Origin: an uncultured Armatimonadetes bacterium
Lineage (GTDB): Bacteria > Armatimonadota > UBA5829 > DTJY01
Assembly: GCA_963717145.1 (NCBI GenBank)
Contig: OY970325.1
Span: forward strand, 2,560,001-2,624,000
Reading direction: 5' to 3'
Length of the DNA: 64,000 nt
Shown here: positions 49,630-60,997 of the stretch, piece after piece
Numbering within the stretch: position 1 is the first letter of the stretch
Layout of the letters: every line of letters starts with the position of its first letter
The notes under the pieces: model-generated
Database searches by the model: none
Told to the model about the DNA's origin: nothing
The model's input: only the letters and a program-made list of their open reading frames with translations
Made by a program: the position numbers and the translations under genes

Positions 49630-52054
49630 GGCCTGCCTCCTCGCAAGCGCAATCCATACGCCACGCCGGTCACCAGCACGAGGAAGAACCCCACGGAGGC
49701 CAGACGCAGACCGTTCTTGAACGACTGCGGCTCGAAGGAGAATGTGACCAGGTGTCGGCCCTTGGGGACGGCGACGCCTCGGAAGCAGTAGTCCACACGC
49801 ATGACAGGGAGTTGTTTGCCATCGATGCGGGCGACCCAGCCGGGGTAATACTGGTCTGTCAGCACCAGGAGGCCGGGCGCATCCGGAGTGATAGCGTAGA
49901 TGGCAACCGTGTTGCAGGTGTAGGCGCGCACCAAGGCTACGCCGGACGATACAGGGTCTTGACCCAGGGCGATTGGTGTGCTCTCATCCACCAATGCCAC
50001 AGACCGCAGATTCGTTCCCCCGCGAGCAATGAGCTCGAGCGATTCCGGGTCCGTCGTCCGACGCGCCTGGTACACCAGGAAAGCCCTTGGGAGGGTGCTC
50101 CTGTTCTCATATGCGTAAAATCCGGACGAGAGTTCCAGGGCATCGGCACTTTTCCTTGTGCAAATCACATAACGCACGCCGAGCAGGTCGCGCACGGAGG
50201 GTGACATCTCCCTCGCGAAGACCATGTTCCCATTCTCAGGAGGACTGGAATCGCGGCCGGCGCCGGCATCCAGGAGGCGCTTGAACCGCATGGGATACAG
50301 CGAATCGTATCCCTGAACGTCGAGCAGCCCATAGGCCGTGGCGGCATTCGGCGGTAGGACACCCTTGGGGAAGCTGCGAAGGCGCCACCGATCGTTCATC
50401 GGCATGATGCGGTGATCGCCTGCCAGTTGCCGGAGTCTCGTAATCGCCTGCGACTCGGGATATACCTCGCTCCTGGCGCTGAACAGATTGTACCCCAAGC
50501 CGAACACGAGCAGATCCACGGCCAGGAGTCCGATTGCCATACCCCCCGCGATATGCGGTTTCAGTCGCCCGGACGCCGCGACGAGTGCGATCACCACTCC
50601 AAGCACGAGGAACACCAGCGCCGTCATGACCGGTGTGTATGCCGACGCTAGGAATCCGTCCCCGATATCGGCGCAATGCCTTGCACTGAGCTTACGTTGA
50701 CGAAAAACAGGATCAGGCCGACGATCAGCAATCCAGCGGCTGACCCGAGGCAGATGCGACCGGACACTTTATCCCTGAGCGCGATGAGGCGATCGAGACC
50801 GATCGCGCCGAGCACAGTGACGGCGAAGGTGTAGAGGTAAAGTGCGCGTGCCGGCGAGCCGGAACGAGAGAATCCGGGCACAAGGAAGTAGAACAGACGA
50901 TTGATGCCTGTTCCCGTGACCATCAGCAGTGAAAGCGCGAGTATCGATGCGAAGAACAGGGCGTTGCGCCGTCCGTTGCCCTTGAATGCGAACGGCAGAA
51001 GGAGCAGCGGGAGCATGCCCAGGTAGCCACAGAACTCCGCGTACTCACCCGTCCCCCAGTAGTTGCCCTGCGTCGGATTGCCGTAGAAGTCCGGGACGAG
51101 CAGCCTGATCAGGTTTCCAGCCGGCACGGAGAGCGCGCTGTACGCATGGTACCCCTCGGCGGTCGGAGCGCCGTTCCCCCTGTGAGACAGGGACGCCAAC
51201 TCCATGGTCGGGAGAAGTTGAGGAGCGGCAAGGAGAAATCCGACGGCGAACACCAAGAGTGCCAATCCCAAGGCAAGGGAGGGCGAGGCTCCGTCCGAGC
51301 CGCGCGGCAGGTCCTCGTTCAAATCATGATGCGCGGCTCGGACGGAGCCTCGCCCTCCCTTGCGCGCGGTGGTGGCAAGGTAGACCCAGTACAGACACGT
51401 AGCCATCAGCCCGTAGAGCCATATCTGCGGGTGCCCGCCGAGCAGCGACAGCGCGATCGTTCCTCCGGCAAGTGAGGCGTGCAGGGCGGATCGTCGCTCC
51501 CAGGCCAAAGTGCTGAGGTAGAGAGTCAACGGAAGCCATACGCCGCTTGCCAACAGGACCGGAAGCTCCAGCCAGGTGACGGTCCACCCGCTGAGCATGA
51601 ATGCAACGCCGCCGAACGTTGCGGCGATCGCGCCAAGGCCGATCTTGCGAAGAAAAAGGTAAGTGAATGATCCGGCAGCGAAGAGGTGCAGAAACGCGAG
51701 CAGCCCAAACGTGATGTCCACGGGCAGGAGAGCAAACAACCAGTTTGGGGGATAGAGGACCGCCGATTGCGGGCTTGCCAGGAACGGCACGCCGCACATC
51801 TGGTACGGATTCCACAAGGGCAATTCGCCCAGTCCCCTGCTGAGGAGGGCTCTTGCCGGATAGAAGTAGGCGATTCCGTCCCAGGTCAGCGCGTCCCAGT
51901 GTACGTTGCGCACTGCAAAGTCGCCGGAAGCATTCCATGGGAGCATTCTTCCGAGCATGGAGGCGGGCAGAAGGACCTTGCCGGTCGCGAGCGGCCAGAG
52001 CAGGATCGCGGCCAGTATGACGAACACGACGAACGGTACCGACCGTCGGGCCAT
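49626..52054 (-). CDS. YfhO family GT-C membrane protein, frameshift near 50645
   Basis: LPLWNPYQMCGVPFLA, GHPQ, QLLPT.EL; continues GYDSL, LPRAF, YYPGWVARIDG, FRGVAVPKGRH. Confidence 0.85.
51273..51363. repeat. 33-bp perfect inverted repeat inside the YfhO CDS
   Basis: GCAAGGGAGGGCGAGGCTCCGTCCGAGCCGCGC (51273-51305) and reverse complement (51331-51363). Confidence 0.9.
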
Positions 52055-52056
52055 GG

Positions 52057-52458
52057 TTACCTACCTTGGCCGTACCCGACTCCTATCAGGCTCACTCCGA
52101 CACAGATCAACAGGAGTCCGGCGACCGTCACAGAGCTGACCCTCTCTTTGAGAAGCACCGACGACAGGATGACCACCACGACATAGCTGAGGCTGATCAT
52201 GGGATATGCGATGCTCAGACGCACCTGGCTGAGGATGTTCAGCCATATGATGGCACTGAGCCCATAGAGGGCGAATCCCAGGAAAACATATGGAGTGCAG
52301 ATAGCCCTCAGTGAACCGGTCAGGATGCCGGCCAGCCCCGGCCCCGCGCTCAGACCGCCGATGCAGTTCACCCCGTGCTTCAGGGACAACTGACCCGCCG
52401 ATCCAAGCACCACGTTGACCAGAATCAGCAGTATCGGAACGATTGATGGTTTCTCCAC
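52057..52458 (-). CDS. EamA/SMR (ArnE/F-like) small transporter or flippase subunit
   Basis: GQLSLKHG, LSIAYPMISLSYV, LKERVS; four TM helices. Confidence 0.8.
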   Translation of the reverse strand: MEKPSIVPILLILVNVVLGSAGQLSLKHGVNCIGGLSAGPGLAGILTGSLRAICTPYVFLGFALYGLSAIIWLNILSQVRLSIAYPMISLSYVVVVILSSVLLKERVSSVTVAGLLLICVGVSLIGVGYGQGR

Positions 52459-52563
52459 GATACCCCTCCATAAAAGATAAGCCCCGAGACCACTGGCGTG
52501 CATCCGGACTCCGGATGCACGCCCGGTCCCCAGGGCTGAAGGTTCATGTGATTGTGGCGGCGA

Positions 52564-53199
52564 TCAAGCTACGTTGAGCAGCGTCTTCGCCGAATCCACC
52601 GCGCTGGCAGCGTCGGGAGCATAACCGTCCGCGCCGATCTCGTCGGCATAGTTCTGCGTGACGGGAGCGCCGCCGATCATAACCTTGCATGCGCCGCGAG
52701 CGCCCGCGTCCTTCAGGGCTTTGATCGTCTCGCCCATCGCCGGCATGGTGGTGGTAAGCAGTGCGGAAAGACATACGAGGCCTGCGCCGCCCTTGACGGC
52801 TTCCACATACTGCTCGGGTTTCACGTCGACGCCGAGATCCATGATCTCAAAGCCGGCCCCTTCCATCATCATGGCGACCAGGTTCTTGCCGATGTCATGC
52901 AGGTCGCCCCGGACGGTTCCGATCGCGACTGTGGCCACGGGCTTGACGCCGGCCTTGACCAACTGCGGGCGGAGCACTTCCATCCCGTTCTTCATGGCTC
53001 GAGCGGCAATAAGGACCTCGGGCACGTAGAACTCGTTGTCCTTGAAACGCTGACCCACGACGGCCATTCCTGCAACGAGGCCCTTGGTGAGAACGTTCTG
53101 TGGGCTCTCACCACCAGCCAGCGCCTTCTCGGTCAGTTCCTTGACGACGGGAGCCTTCCCGCTGATCAAAGCACTGGTCAACTCGTCATAGTTGAACAT
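52564..53199 (-). CDS. corrinoid (cobalamin-binding) protein, MtaC/MttC-like
   Basis: YVPEVLIAARAMK, GTVRGDLHDIGKNLV, SALLTTT, GGAPVT, IGADGY. Confidence 0.93.
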   Translation of the reverse strand: MFNYDELTSALISGKAPVVKELTEKALAGGESPQNVLTKGLVAGMAVVGQRFKDNEFYVPEVLIAARAMKNGMEVLRPQLVKAGVKPVATVAIGTVRGDLHDIGKNLVAMMMEGAGFEIMDLGVDVKPEQYVEAVKGGAGLVCLSALLTTTMPAMGETIKALKDAGARGACKVMIGGAPVTQNYADEIGADGYAPDAASAVDSAKTLLNVA

Positions 53200-53291
53200 C
53201 CAACTACCCCCTGTGTTTGTCTTCCTTGCGCATTCAGGTCTCACGCATCGGCTGTTCCGCCCTCTGTTAGTGCCGGAGTTGAACTCCGGCA

Positions 53292-55154
53292 CTAACCGTC
53301 CAGGGCACAGCCGAACATGAGTTCCTCTGAAAACCTATCCTGGAACCCCGGATGAGTCGTCAGCTCGATGTATTCCACCGAGCGAGCGATATCATCCGCT
53401 TCCGAACGCATATCCATCGAGATCAGCGCCAACTTCGCGCCTTCTCCCGCGGCGTTTCCGACCGAACGAATCTTTTCGAGCGGCATTCCCGGCACCAGTC
53501 CGACGGCGACTGCGCTTTCCTTGCGCATGTAGTTGCCGAATGCGCCGGCGAGGACTATGCTCTCCAGGTCATCTTCCGTAACCCCCGCATACTCCATCAG
53601 AGTCCGGATGCCGGTCGCAATCGCGCCCTTCGCCAACTGGACTTCCCGCACATCGCGCTGAGTCACCAGGATCGGCTCTCCATTGGCCGATTCCTCAGAG
53701 GGGACGAGCACGAAGTCGTTGCCCCGCTCGCCCGCCGCGACCCTGTCGCGAAGATGCCCGCAGTCAGCCGGCACCTCGTCCGCGTCTACTATTCGCCCAT
53801 TGGATTCGACAATTCCTGCCTGGCACATGCAAACAATCGCATCGAGCAGCCCGGAACCGCAGATTCCTATCGCTTTGGCATCGCCGACCGTGCTGTACTC
53901 GAGCCGCCCGTCCTCGAACCATACGGCATCGATGGCCCCCGGAGCGGCCCTCATCCCGTAACGAATGTGAGCGCCCTCGAACGCCGGACCCGCAGCGGTC
54001 GAGCATGCCAGCATACGGTCTTTCCATCCTAGCACGATTTCACCATTGGTGCCAATATCCACCGCAAGAATCGGTTTCTCGGAATGATGCAGCCCGGTCG
54101 CAAGAACAACGCCCACCGTATCCGCGCCAACAAATCCAGCGATGTTCGGCAGGACATGTACTTTCCCGAAACGGCTGATTCGCAATCCGGGGTCGCGCGC
54201 ATCGAAGTGCAGGCTGCGGCTGACGGTCGGCACATAGGGCGACACGGCCAGATGCCTGGGATCGATCCCGAGGAAGAGATGACTCATGCACGTGTTGCCG
54301 ACTACGGTCACCTCGTAGAGCGAGTGTCTTCTGACGCCCGCGCTCCGGAGCATCGCGTTGAGCATTCGGTTCAACTCGGCGATGACGTCCTTCTGAAGGC
54401 GGGCGAGCCCCTTCCGCTCCTGCATAGTGTAGTTGATACGGCTGATCACGTCATCGCCGACCTGCGCCTGCGGATTCATCGCGGAGGCAACCGACATCTG
54501 GCGGCCGGTGTTCAGGTCGATCAGATAGCCGGCAATGGTCGTCGTGCCGATATCGAATGCAACGCCGTAAGACTCGCTTGTGGTGTCGCCCGGCTCGATC
54601 CCGAGCAGTCGCCCGGATGAGAAGACACCTGTGACATCGAAGCCCGCGTGGCGGACGTCTCGCCCGATCGTGCGCAGCAGGTTCAAAGGCAGTTGGACGT
54701 CATGCCCGTTGCAGCCGAGGGTGTCCAGTATCCTGCTCGTATCGGACCGGAGGTCGGTTATCGAAGGCTCGGGCACGATTACGTGACACTTCGAGACCCC
54801 CGCTGACAAGGGCACTTTCCGGCTTGCGCCGGTCATGAGCACCTTGGCATCGAGCACGCTGTTATCCTGGAGCAGATGCACGACTGAATCGTGGGCCAGA
54901 ACCGTCTGGCAGCCGAGTCGATATCCGTGAGCGAGTTCCGCTTCCGTGAGCTTGGCGGTCTCAGCCGGTGTGGCGGCGGGCGTTCCCTTCTCAAAGTGCA
55001 CCTTGCACTTCCCGCAGCGGCCCTTGGAGCCGCACGGAAACGCCAGGCGAAGATCGATCATCTCGATCGCCTGGCGGAGAGGTGTGCCCCTGTCGACTGA
55101 TGCCGTCTTGCCGGAGGGGTAGACCGTAATGCTGACGCTGCTATTGGGGTTCAA
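53292..55154 (-). CDS. ASKHA/RACE reductive activator of corrinoid proteins (2Fe-2S + DUF4445)
   Basis: CGSKGRCGKC, RLGCQ, DIGTTT, GDDVISRI, DIGTNGE, AAGPAFEG, GICGSG, QLAKGAI, AGAFG. Confidence 0.9.
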   Translation of the reverse strand: MNPNSSVSITVYPSGKTASVDRGTPLRQAIEMIDLRLAFPCGSKGRCGKCKVHFEKGTPAATPAETAKLTEAELAHGYRLGCQTVLAHDSVVHLLQDNSVLDAKVLMTGASRKVPLSAGVSKCHVIVPEPSITDLRSDTSRILDTLGCNGHDVQLPLNLLRTIGRDVRHAGFDVTGVFSSGRLLGIEPGDTTSESYGVAFDIGTTTIAGYLIDLNTGRQMSVASAMNPQAQVGDDVISRINYTMQERKGLARLQKDVIAELNRMLNAMLRSAGVRRHSLYEVTVVGNTCMSHLFLGIDPRHLAVSPYVPTVSRSLHFDARDPGLRISRFGKVHVLPNIAGFVGADTVGVVLATGLHHSEKPILAVDIGTNGEIVLGWKDRMLACSTAAGPAFEGAHIRYGMRAAPGAIDAVWFEDGRLEYSTVGDAKAIGICGSGLLDAIVCMCQAGIVESNGRIVDADEVPADCGHLRDRVAAGERGNDFVLVPSEESANGEPILVTQRDVREVQLAKGAIATGIRTLMEYAGVTEDDLESIVLAGAFGNYMRKESAVAVGLVPGMPLEKIRSVGNAAGEGAKLALISMDMRSEADDIARSVEYIELTTHPGFQDRFSEELMFGCALDG

Positions 55155-55189
55155 GAGCCTGTAAACTCCGGTTCTGGATAAGCGACGAT

Positions 55190-55254
55190 GTAGTGGCCGT
55201 GCCTCCGTGCCGGCCATTGCATGATGCAGGCCGGCACGGAGGCACGGCCACTAC
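55190..55254. repeat. GTAG-type REP inverted pair (family A)
   Basis: GTAGTGGCCGTGCCTCCGTGCCGGCC...GGCCGGCACGGAGGCACGGCCACTAC. Confidence 0.88.
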
Positions 55255-55256
55255 GC

Positions 55257-55604
55257 CTAGAAGTAGCACATATTCTTGGTGGCCGTCTCATTGCCCGGGT
55301 CGCGGCTGAGGACGGCCTCGAACTCCGACTTGGCTTCTTCCATCATGCCAAGCATGCAGTAGGTAAGCGCCAAGTCGTTTCGCGCATCGAGGTTCTCGGG
55401 CTCCAGCTCGACTGCCTTCCGTAACTCGTCGAGCGATTCGTCGAACAGGCCCGAGAAGCCGTAGACGAGCCCCAGTTGCCTGTGAGCCTCGACATGCGCG
55501 CAGTTCTCACAGACGACCGAGAGAAGCTCAGCCGTTGCCTCATCGTAACGGCCTTCGGCCTTTAGCGTTATGCCTCGCTGGAGGTGATCCTCGATCAGGC
55601 CCAT
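55257..55604 (-). CDS. tetratricopeptide repeat protein
   Basis: GRYDEA, AHRQLGLVY, KAVELEPEN..ARNDLA. Confidence 0.8.
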   Translation of the reverse strand: MGLIEDHLQRGITLKAEGRYDEATAELLSVVCENCAHVEAHRQLGLVYGFSGLFDESLDELRKAVELEPENLDARNDLALTYCMLGMMEEAKSEFEAVLSRDPGNETATKNMCYF

Positions 55605-55669
55605 CCCCTTGTCCTCGAAACCGGTTGCGCTCTGAGAGATCATTGAATAAGAGTATTGCTCGGAACATA

Positions 55670-55751
55670 GGTATTTCGGGATTTCAAATCCCGAAATACC
55701 GGCACGCATTGGGTATTTCAAGATCTGAAATCCCGAAATACCGGGCGCATT
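55670..55751. repeat. two tandem 42-bp units each containing a GGTATTTC...GAAATACC palindrome
   Basis: GGTATTTCGGGATTTCAAATCCCGAAATACC and GGTATTTCAAGATCTGAAATCCCGAAATACC. Confidence 0.8.
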
Positions 55752-55843
55752 TCGCACTGGAAAAGGGAGGCCTTCTCCCACGGAGGGCTTGCTTCAAGTA
55801 TAGCACTTTTCGGGCTGAATATCAACCCAATCAGGTGCACCGG

Positions 55844-55911
55844 TGTCATTCTGAGCGCAGCAAAGAATCTGTTTTCCCGGGGCCAGATTCTTCGCTGCGC
55901 TCAGAATGACA
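55844..55911. repeat. family B inverted pair overlapping the fmt 3' end
   Basis: TGTCATTCTGAGCGCAGCAAAGAATCTG...CAGATTCTTCGCTGCGCTCAGAATGACA. Confidence 0.88.
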
Positions 55912-56838
55912 TCCGGCGCTGAATCTTGCTCCCTGGGCAACCTTGTAGCCACGCGCGAAGTCCCCCGCTCCCATCCTCTTGCGGTTCTCCGGCTGCAGCT
56001 CCGAGATCAGCACGACACCCTCGCCCGCACCTACTACGATCTCCCGACTGTCCACACCGAGGACTTCCCCCGGACTGCCCTCACCCGGTTCGGCCTTACA
56101 CGACCAAAGCTTGATAGCCACGCCTTCCAGGAACGTAATCGCGCCCGGTCTCGGAGCGCATCCTCGCACGCGGTTCACTATATCAGCAGCGGGCATATTC
56201 CAGTCAAGCGCGCAGTCATCTTTTTTGATCGATGGAGCATACGAAGCAAGGAATTCGTCCTGCTGCGTCGGAGTAATAGCCCCATCGCCCAAGCCATCGA
56301 GCGTCCGGAGGAGCAGAGGCGCTCCGATCTCGGAGAGGCGCTCCTCGAGAGTTCCCGTGTTGTCCTCCGGCCGGACGTCCAACTCCTCCTGAAGCAGGAT
56401 CGGACCGGTGTCGAGGCCTGGATCCATCAACATCGTCGTAACGCCGGCCTTCGTCTCTCCGTTGAAGAGCGCATAGTGTATCGGCGCGGCCCCACGGTAC
56501 TTCGGCAGGAGTGACGCATGGACATTGATGCTGCCATATCTGGGAATGTCGAGAAGGGTCTTCGGGATGATCTGTCCGAACGCCACCACAACAAATGCAT
56601 CCGGCGACATCGCCCGAACCTGCTCTATGAAATCGTCCGAGCGAACCTTCTCGGGCTGGTAGACCGATATGCCGGCGTCGAGGGCGATCTGCTTGATCGG
56701 CGAGACGTGCATCTCGCGCCCACGACCCTTCGGGCGGTCGGGCTGTGTGACGACTCCGATCACCTCGTGCTGTGATCTGAGCAGCAAATCAAGCGTCGGC
56801 ACGCCGAACCGTCCTGTTCCCACAAACAGGATGCGCAT
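55846..56838 (-). CDS. fmt: methionyl-tRNA formyltransferase
   Basis: VVTQPDRPKGRG, VAFGQI, INVHASLLPKYRGAAPI, GLDTGP. Confidence 0.96.
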   Translation of the reverse strand: MRILFVGTGRFGVPTLDLLLRSQHEVIGVVTQPDRPKGRGREMHVSPIKQIALDAGISVYQPEKVRSDDFIEQVRAMSPDAFVVVAFGQIIPKTLLDIPRYGSINVHASLLPKYRGAAPIHYALFNGETKAGVTTMLMDPGLDTGPILLQEELDVRPEDNTGTLEERLSEIGAPLLLRTLDGLGDGAITPTQQDEFLASYAPSIKKDDCALDWNMPAADIVNRVRGCAPRPGAITFLEGVAIKLWSCKAEPGEGSPGEVLGVDSREIVVGAGEGVVLISELQPENRKRMGAGDFARGYKVAQGARFSAGCHSERSEESGPGKTDSLLRSE

Positions 56839-56841
56839 CGG

Positions 56842-57321
56842 CTACTCCTCGGGTTCCTCGTCGGTGATGTATTCGAGGGTATCGGGTTCTACCCGGTCGA
56901 TGAAGAGCTTGCCCTCGAGGTGATCGATCTCATGCTGAAATATGCGCGCGAGGAGTCCTTCGGCCTTGATCTTCACAGTCTTGCCGGTCGCATCCATGCC
57001 CTTGACAACGATCTGCTGCGCGCGCCTGACCTTGCCCTGGAGACCCGGAACGCTCAGGCATCCCTCGGTGCCGACCTGCTCTCCCTCGGCGCTGACGATC
57101 TTGGGGTTGATGAGGATGCCGAGCCCACTGCCGTCATCGTAGACGAGAATCTTTTGGAGAACGCCGACCTGGTTAGCGGCGAGACCGAGACCGTGCTCGG
57201 CTCGCAGGGTGCTGACCATGTCGTCGATCAGCGTCTTGAGCCCACCATCCACCTTTGGGATGGTCTTCGCCTGTTGTCTCAGTATGGGACTTGGATACTT
57301 GACTACGTCACGAGCGGCCAT
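56842..57321 (-). CDS. def: peptide deformylase
   Basis: GLGLAANQVG, EGCLSVPG, QHEIDHLEG. Confidence 0.97.
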   Translation of the reverse strand: MAARDVVKYPSPILRQQAKTIPKVDGGLKTLIDDMVSTLRAEHGLGLAANQVGVLQKILVYDDGSGLGILINPKIVSAEGEQVGTEGCLSVPGLQGKVRRAQQIVVKGMDATGKTVKIKAEGLLARIFQHEIDHLEGKLFIDRVEPDTLEYITDEEPEE

Positions 57322-57337
57322 TCTATTCCCTCACACC

Positions 57338-57403
57338 GTAGTGGCCGTGCCTCAGTGCCGGCCTCGCCGCGGTAGCAGGCCGGCACGGAGGCACGGCCAC
57401 TAC
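57338..57403. repeat. GTAG-type REP inverted pair (family A)
   Basis: GTAGTGGCCGTGCCTCAGTGCCGGCCT...AGGCCGGCACGGAGGCACGGCCACTAC. Confidence 0.88.
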
Positions 57404-57423
57404 TACAGCGGAATTCCGGCGCA

Positions 57424-59848
57424 TTATAGCATGCTCATTGGGTCAACGTCGAGGGACAAGCCTGCTCCACCAAGGCCGTTCTCCTCGATCACTTTGCTGA
57501 CAATGGACTGTATTCTGGCCACTCCCCGGCTCCGGACCACGAGGTGCCACCGAAAGAGTCCTCTGAGACGCGCCAATGGAGCGGGCGCAGGCCCGATCAC
57601 ATCCACACCGGCCGGCGCCGCGTCCCTGAGCAGTTCCGCAAGCCGCTCGACGCGCTCCCTCGCGCTGTCATCGATCGGGTCGCTGGCAGTGATGTTCAGC
57701 AGCCGGGAGAACGGCGGATACCCCAGCTCGCGGCGGTAGACGATCTCCTGGCCGTAGAAGCCGAGGTAGTCCTGCCTGACTGCCGCGCGGACGGCATAGT
57801 GCTCGGGCGAGAACGATTGCACGACCACTTCGCCGGGCAGGTCACCGCGTCCGGCCCGACCGCTCACCTGCGTGAGAAGTTGGAAGGTGCGCTCCGACGA
57901 CCGAAAATCCGGTATGTGGAGCATGGTATCGGCGCTCACGACGCCGACGAGCGTCACATTGTGGAAGTCCAACCCCTTGGCGATCATCTGCGTTCCGACG
58001 AGGATATCCGCCTTGCCATCGCGAAACGCGCCGAGCATCTGACGGAAGGCGTTCTTGCGAGTGGTCGTATCGCTGTCCATGCGAATCACATTCGCCTCGG
58101 GAAAGACTTTGCGCACCTCTTCCTCGACACGTTCCGTGCCGAGCCCGAACTGCTGGATATGGACGCCCTCGCACTCCGGGCAGACGGTCGGAGCGCGTTC
58201 CTCTTCGCCGCAATGATGGCACTTGAGCATCCGGCTCGCCTGGTGGTAGGTAAGGGAGACGTCGCAGTGAGGACATCGAGGAGTGTGTCCGCACGAACGG
58301 CACAGGATGAAAGACGCATAGCCCCGCCGGTTCACAAAGAGTATGGTCTGTTCTTTGCGACCGAGCCGCTCCGCGATCTTCTCGCGCAACTGGCCGCTGA
58401 AGATGCTCCGGCGCCCGGCCTCGAACTCATCCCGCTGATCGAACGAGTGTGACCACCGGCATCGGCCGGTCGTCGATGCGATGGCTGAGGACCGCGAAGT
58501 TGATCTCGCCGGAGGATCCCCGCTGGAAGGTCTCGATCGATGGAGTCGCGCTCCCCAGAATGACACATGCCTCGGCCTTCCTCGCGCGTTCCTCGGCCGC
58601 CGCACGGGCGCTGTACCGGGGGGAGTGATCCTGCTTGTAGGACGACTCGTGCTCCTCGTCCACGACGACCAGCCCGAGTCGGCTCACGGGGGCGAAAACC
58701 GCCGACCGCGCGCCGAGGACTATCCGCGCCTCGCCACTCTCGATCCTGCGCCACTCGTCATGCCGCTCGCCGATGGATAGCCGGCTGTGCAGGACCGCCA
58801 CCTGGTCGCCGAACCTCGACTTGTAGGCCTCCAGGAGATGCGTCGTGAGCGATATCTCCGGCACGAGATTGATGCAGCTTCGTCCCTGCTCCAGCACGGT
58901 GGCGATCGACTGGAGGTAGACCTCCGTCTTCCCGCTGCCAGTGACGCCGTAGAGAAGCGTCGTCTGCGGGGATTCGGCTTCGAGGCCATCGCGGATCATG
59001 GTGATCGCATCGGCCTGCTCCCTGGTTGGATTCCGCGGCTCCGAGCGGACGAGTCCCTCGACCTTGAATGGGTCGCGGCGGACCTGCACTCTCGTCTTCT
59101 CCGCGAGGCCCTTGTCCACCAACCCCTTGACCGGACTCGATGAACTGCCCGTCTTCCGCAGAACCACCGACTGCCGGACCGCATCGCCCGCCTCACGCAG
59201 CTCCTTCAGGATTGCGGCCTGCTTCGGAGCGCGCATGTCCAGCGCCTCGAGCGGTATCTCGTCGAGGTCCTCGGATATCTGCAGCGCCTGGGCCATCAGC
59301 GGTTTGGCTTTCGGAAGCTCGAGGATGCGGGACACCTCGACGACTCCGCGCTCACGGAGCTGCCGAAGGACCGCGCCGAAGCCCCGCATGCGGGTCTTCG
59401 CCCGGAGGATGTCGGGATCGGTCTCACCGCCAAGCGAGATCAGCGCCTCCACCACTTTGCGCTGGTTCGGGGATGCGGATGAGACCTTGTCGGCGTCGAC
59501 CAGCTTGACGATGGTGACGACCGAAGCGCTCATCACCTCCGGAACGATCGCCCGGATGGAGTGACCGAGCGAGGCGACGTACTCCGATGACATCCACTTG
59601 GCAAGGTCGATGAGCGGGCGACTGAGCGTGACGGAATCGGGGATGACCGCGAGGATGCTCTTGATCTCAGCGAGAGGAGGCGCGGTCTGCGTAAGCCCTA
59701 TGACGTAGCCTGTCAACTCGCGGCCGGCGAAGGGGACGGCGACGCACGTCCCCTCGCCTACCGAATCCGCGAGTTCATCCGGGACGCGATAAGTGTAGGG
59801 CTGATCGAGGCCCGGCGCTTCCGCGTCTACGACTACATTAGCATACAA
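57424..59848 (-). CDS. priA: primosomal protein N', frameshift near 58435
   Basis: GVTGSGKTEVY, LVPEISLT, DEEH, GSATPS in ORF 58427-59848; NRRGY, CxxC pairs, GTQMIAKGLDF, QVSGRAGR, YPPF in ORF 57424-58605. Confidence 0.95.

Positions 59849-60993
<1,145 letters not shown>

Positions 60994-60997
<4 letters not shown>

Noticed and set aside
52496-53296. Short palindromes flanking the corrinoid gene (~52497-52523 and ~53266-53296) as a cobalamin riboswitch
   Set aside because: Simple hairpins lacking the B12 box and other conserved riboswitch elements
57424-59848. priA, dprA and yfhO as true pseudogenes or programmed frameshifts
   Set aside because: Single indels with intact flanks and no common slippery motif; assembly error is more parsimonious
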